Assembly: GCF_963921235.1 (NCBI RefSeq)
Contig: NC_086100.1
Location: 198,526,001 to 198,590,000, forward strand
Reading direction: 5' to 3'
Source of the DNA: Mobula hypostoma
Lineage: Eukaryota
Length of the DNA: 64,000 bases
Shown: in pieces, positions 61,981 through 64,000 of the stretch
How the letters are laid out: each line of letters starts with the position of its first letter
Numbering within the stretch: position 1 is the first letter of the stretch
Made by a program: the position numbers and the translations under genes
Notes under the pieces: generated by a model
The model's database searches: none
The model's input: the letters and a program-made list of their open reading frames with translations, nothing else
Told to the model about the DNA's origin: nothing

Positions 61981-62164
61981 AGGTTTATGACCACATGGTT
62001 ATGGGTGGAGTTGGTGTTATTAGAGGGAGGTTTAAGGTTGGGTTTGGATTACAGGTGGAGGTACGATTTGGGGTTGGGATACTGTCGATAAGTGTGAGAT
62101 GAGCAGGAATTGGATGGGATAGGATGCTGGACAATGGGCTGAAGAATGGCTGTATGTGTTGCAG

Positions 62165-62222
62165 GCTGCGGACTGGGTTCCTGACCTGCAGAGTGAGGCG
62201 TTACTGAAGGAGATGCAACAGT
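62165..62222 (+). CDS. Candidate internal exon of unidentified gene (AADWVPDLQSEALLKEMQQ), 58 nt; alternatively reads on to a stop at 62380
   Basis: tgtatgtgttgcag| acceptor and |gtgagt donor; only the phase-0 frame is open, matching the end phase of exon 58812-58864. Confidence 0.45.
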
Positions 62223-62550
62223 GTGAGTTCCAAATCGCGTTGCTGCACACCGTGTTCGGGGCCGGTTCTGGCTTACCCCAAGGGTCAGGATCCAACGGGA
62301 GCGTGTCGGGAGGTGACGTTCGGGAACAGTGCACTCAGGGACCCTCCACAAGGCTAGAATTAGGTCCATGCCAGCAATGAGCTGAGCCTGTGGTCCAAGG
62401 TTTCCTGGGCTTGTGGGGCGTGGAGGAGGCGCTCTGTGGAGTTATGCCAATACGTGACTCCAGTCCCACTAGTGTCCTTGTCCTTAACTACGCCCCTTCT
62501 CCTCCAGGGCCATCCTCGATGGAGAACTAGCCTGGAGCGGTGGAGAAGTT

Positions 62551-63076
62551 CACTCAGTGGCCATTTTATTAGGGGCACCTGTACACCTGCTCCGTAATGC
62601 AAACATCTAATCACCCAATCATGTGACAGCAATTTCAATGTGTTCAGAGCATGCGGATATGGACAAGAGGATCAGCTGTTATCCAGACAAAACATCAGAA
62701 CAGGGGAGAAATGTGACCTAAGTGACTTTGACCTGGAATGATTGTTGGTGCCAGACGGGGTGGTTTGAGTATCTCAGAACCTGCTGGTCTTCTGGGACTT
62801 TCACACACAACAGTGTCTAGAGTTTACAGCGAGTGATACAAAAAGCTATCCAATTAGCAGCTGTCCTGTGGGTGAAAACAGCTTGTGAATGAGAGGGTCA
62901 GAGGAGAATGGCCAGACTGGTTCAAGCTAACAGGAAAGTGACAGTAACTCAAATAATCACACATTACAACAGTGGTGTGCAGGAGAGCATCTCTGAATGC
63001 ACAACAGTGTTTGCCTACAGGAGCAGAAGACCATGAACATGCACTCATTATGTAGGTAAATAGTGGCCGCTGAATG
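62551..63076 (+). mobile_element. Internally deleted Tc1-like DNA transposon (a lone end also at ~11077-11169)
   Basis: TIRs CACTCAGTGGCCA..TTATTAGG / ..TAGTGGCCGCTGAATG-TA; decayed transposase N-terminus (KCDLSDFD..MIVGARRGGLSISE..LLGLSHTTVSRVY). Confidence 0.8.
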
Positions 63077-64000
63077 TACATGGAAGCATTCCGTGAAATA
63101 CCTTGTCTGGCTTAACAACCGAAGGATGTGCTGGTGGCAGCCTGCGAGTGTCGCCACACATTCCAGTGCTGACATCGCATTCCCACAAAGTTCAGCTGAA
63201 CATCAACAGCAAAAAGGACTTGGCCCAAAATGCCGACTGTTTATTTCCCTCCACAGGTACTGCCTGACCTGCTGTGTTGCTCCAGCATCGTGTGTGTGTG
63301 TGTTGAACAGCATCTTTTCTCCCACCCTCCCTACCAGCCACTCACACACACAGACGGTCCTCCAGCCCCAGGCCTCTGGACCTCCGACCACCAGTCCCTG
63401 GCCCGGACTGACAGGCATCGGGCCTTTGGCCACTGGGCAAGCCAAGGCCTTCGACCAGTGGGGGAAGGCTGTAAAATTGCAAGAGGCAGAGGGAGGGTAG
63501 ACCATGTTGACGTCTCAGGTTGTAACCCTGCATCAGAGCTGAGAGGAGAGGGGCGGTGGCCAGAGCATAGGGCAAAAGGGGCCAGTCGGGAGGTGATTAG
63601 TGGATCAGGGAGAGGTGAGGTGAGGCGTGGCGTGGCAGCCTGTACAGGGGGCAGAGGGGCAGGGGTGATTCAGAGGATGGTGGGTGATTGGTGGATCAAG
63701 GAGAGGCGAGAGGTGGTGGGCAGATGAAGGCGGGAGCAGGTGGAGTTGAGAGACAGAGGCAGGTGTGAAAGGAGGGATGGTGCAGGAGTGGAGGAGGGTG
63801 TAAGGGGGGGCAGAACCTGGAGGGTAAACAGTATCCCAGTGCCAGATCAGGGGAGTGGTGCAGGACCGGAGGGGAGAGGGGATCTGATGAGTTGTGGAGG
63901 TGGTAATTGGAGGGAACGAAGAGGGGGAGGGGGATGGAAATGGGAAAGGAGGTAAAGATGAGGTCTGGAGGAAAGAGAAGAGAACGCAATGTGACGGAGG

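Overview
Repeat-rich vertebrate genomic DNA, most likely a cartilaginous fish (ray/shark). This is inferred from HE1/V-SINE-like SINEs, CR1 LINEs with (TTCTATGT)n or CTTATGGT-type tails, Rex1/Babar LINE ends and Penelope-like remnants. The one firmly identified gene is a + strand V-type H+-ATPase subunit B. Its last 11 coding exons (equivalent to exons 4-14, 1616..38062) all have GT-AG sites and splice into one intact frame of 1281 nt (426 aa plus stop); exons 1-3 lie upstream of the window. Diagnostic residues and an extended C-terminus ending -GTHL point to the B1 ('kidney', ATP6V1B1-like) paralogue. Intron 11 is almost entirely a ~9.5 kb G-rich satellite with a 2085-bp higher-order duplication, and several other introns begin with their own minisatellite. 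Downstream are a CpG island (~49.7-50.2 kb), phase-compatible candidate exons of an unidentified + strand gene, and possible antisense exons. The most unusual structures are: a templated inverted insertion plus a perfect 30-bp snap-back palindrome that disrupts a CR1 RT next to its catalytic motif; a TSD-flanked fold-back Penelope mini-element carrying a hammerhead-ribozyme motif, with further decayed copies elsewhere; 5'-retaining or internally deleted CR1 copies; and a decayed duplicate of an exon end. Most long ORFs in the supplied track are repeat artefacts. I cannot support a wholly new biological system from this sequence alone.
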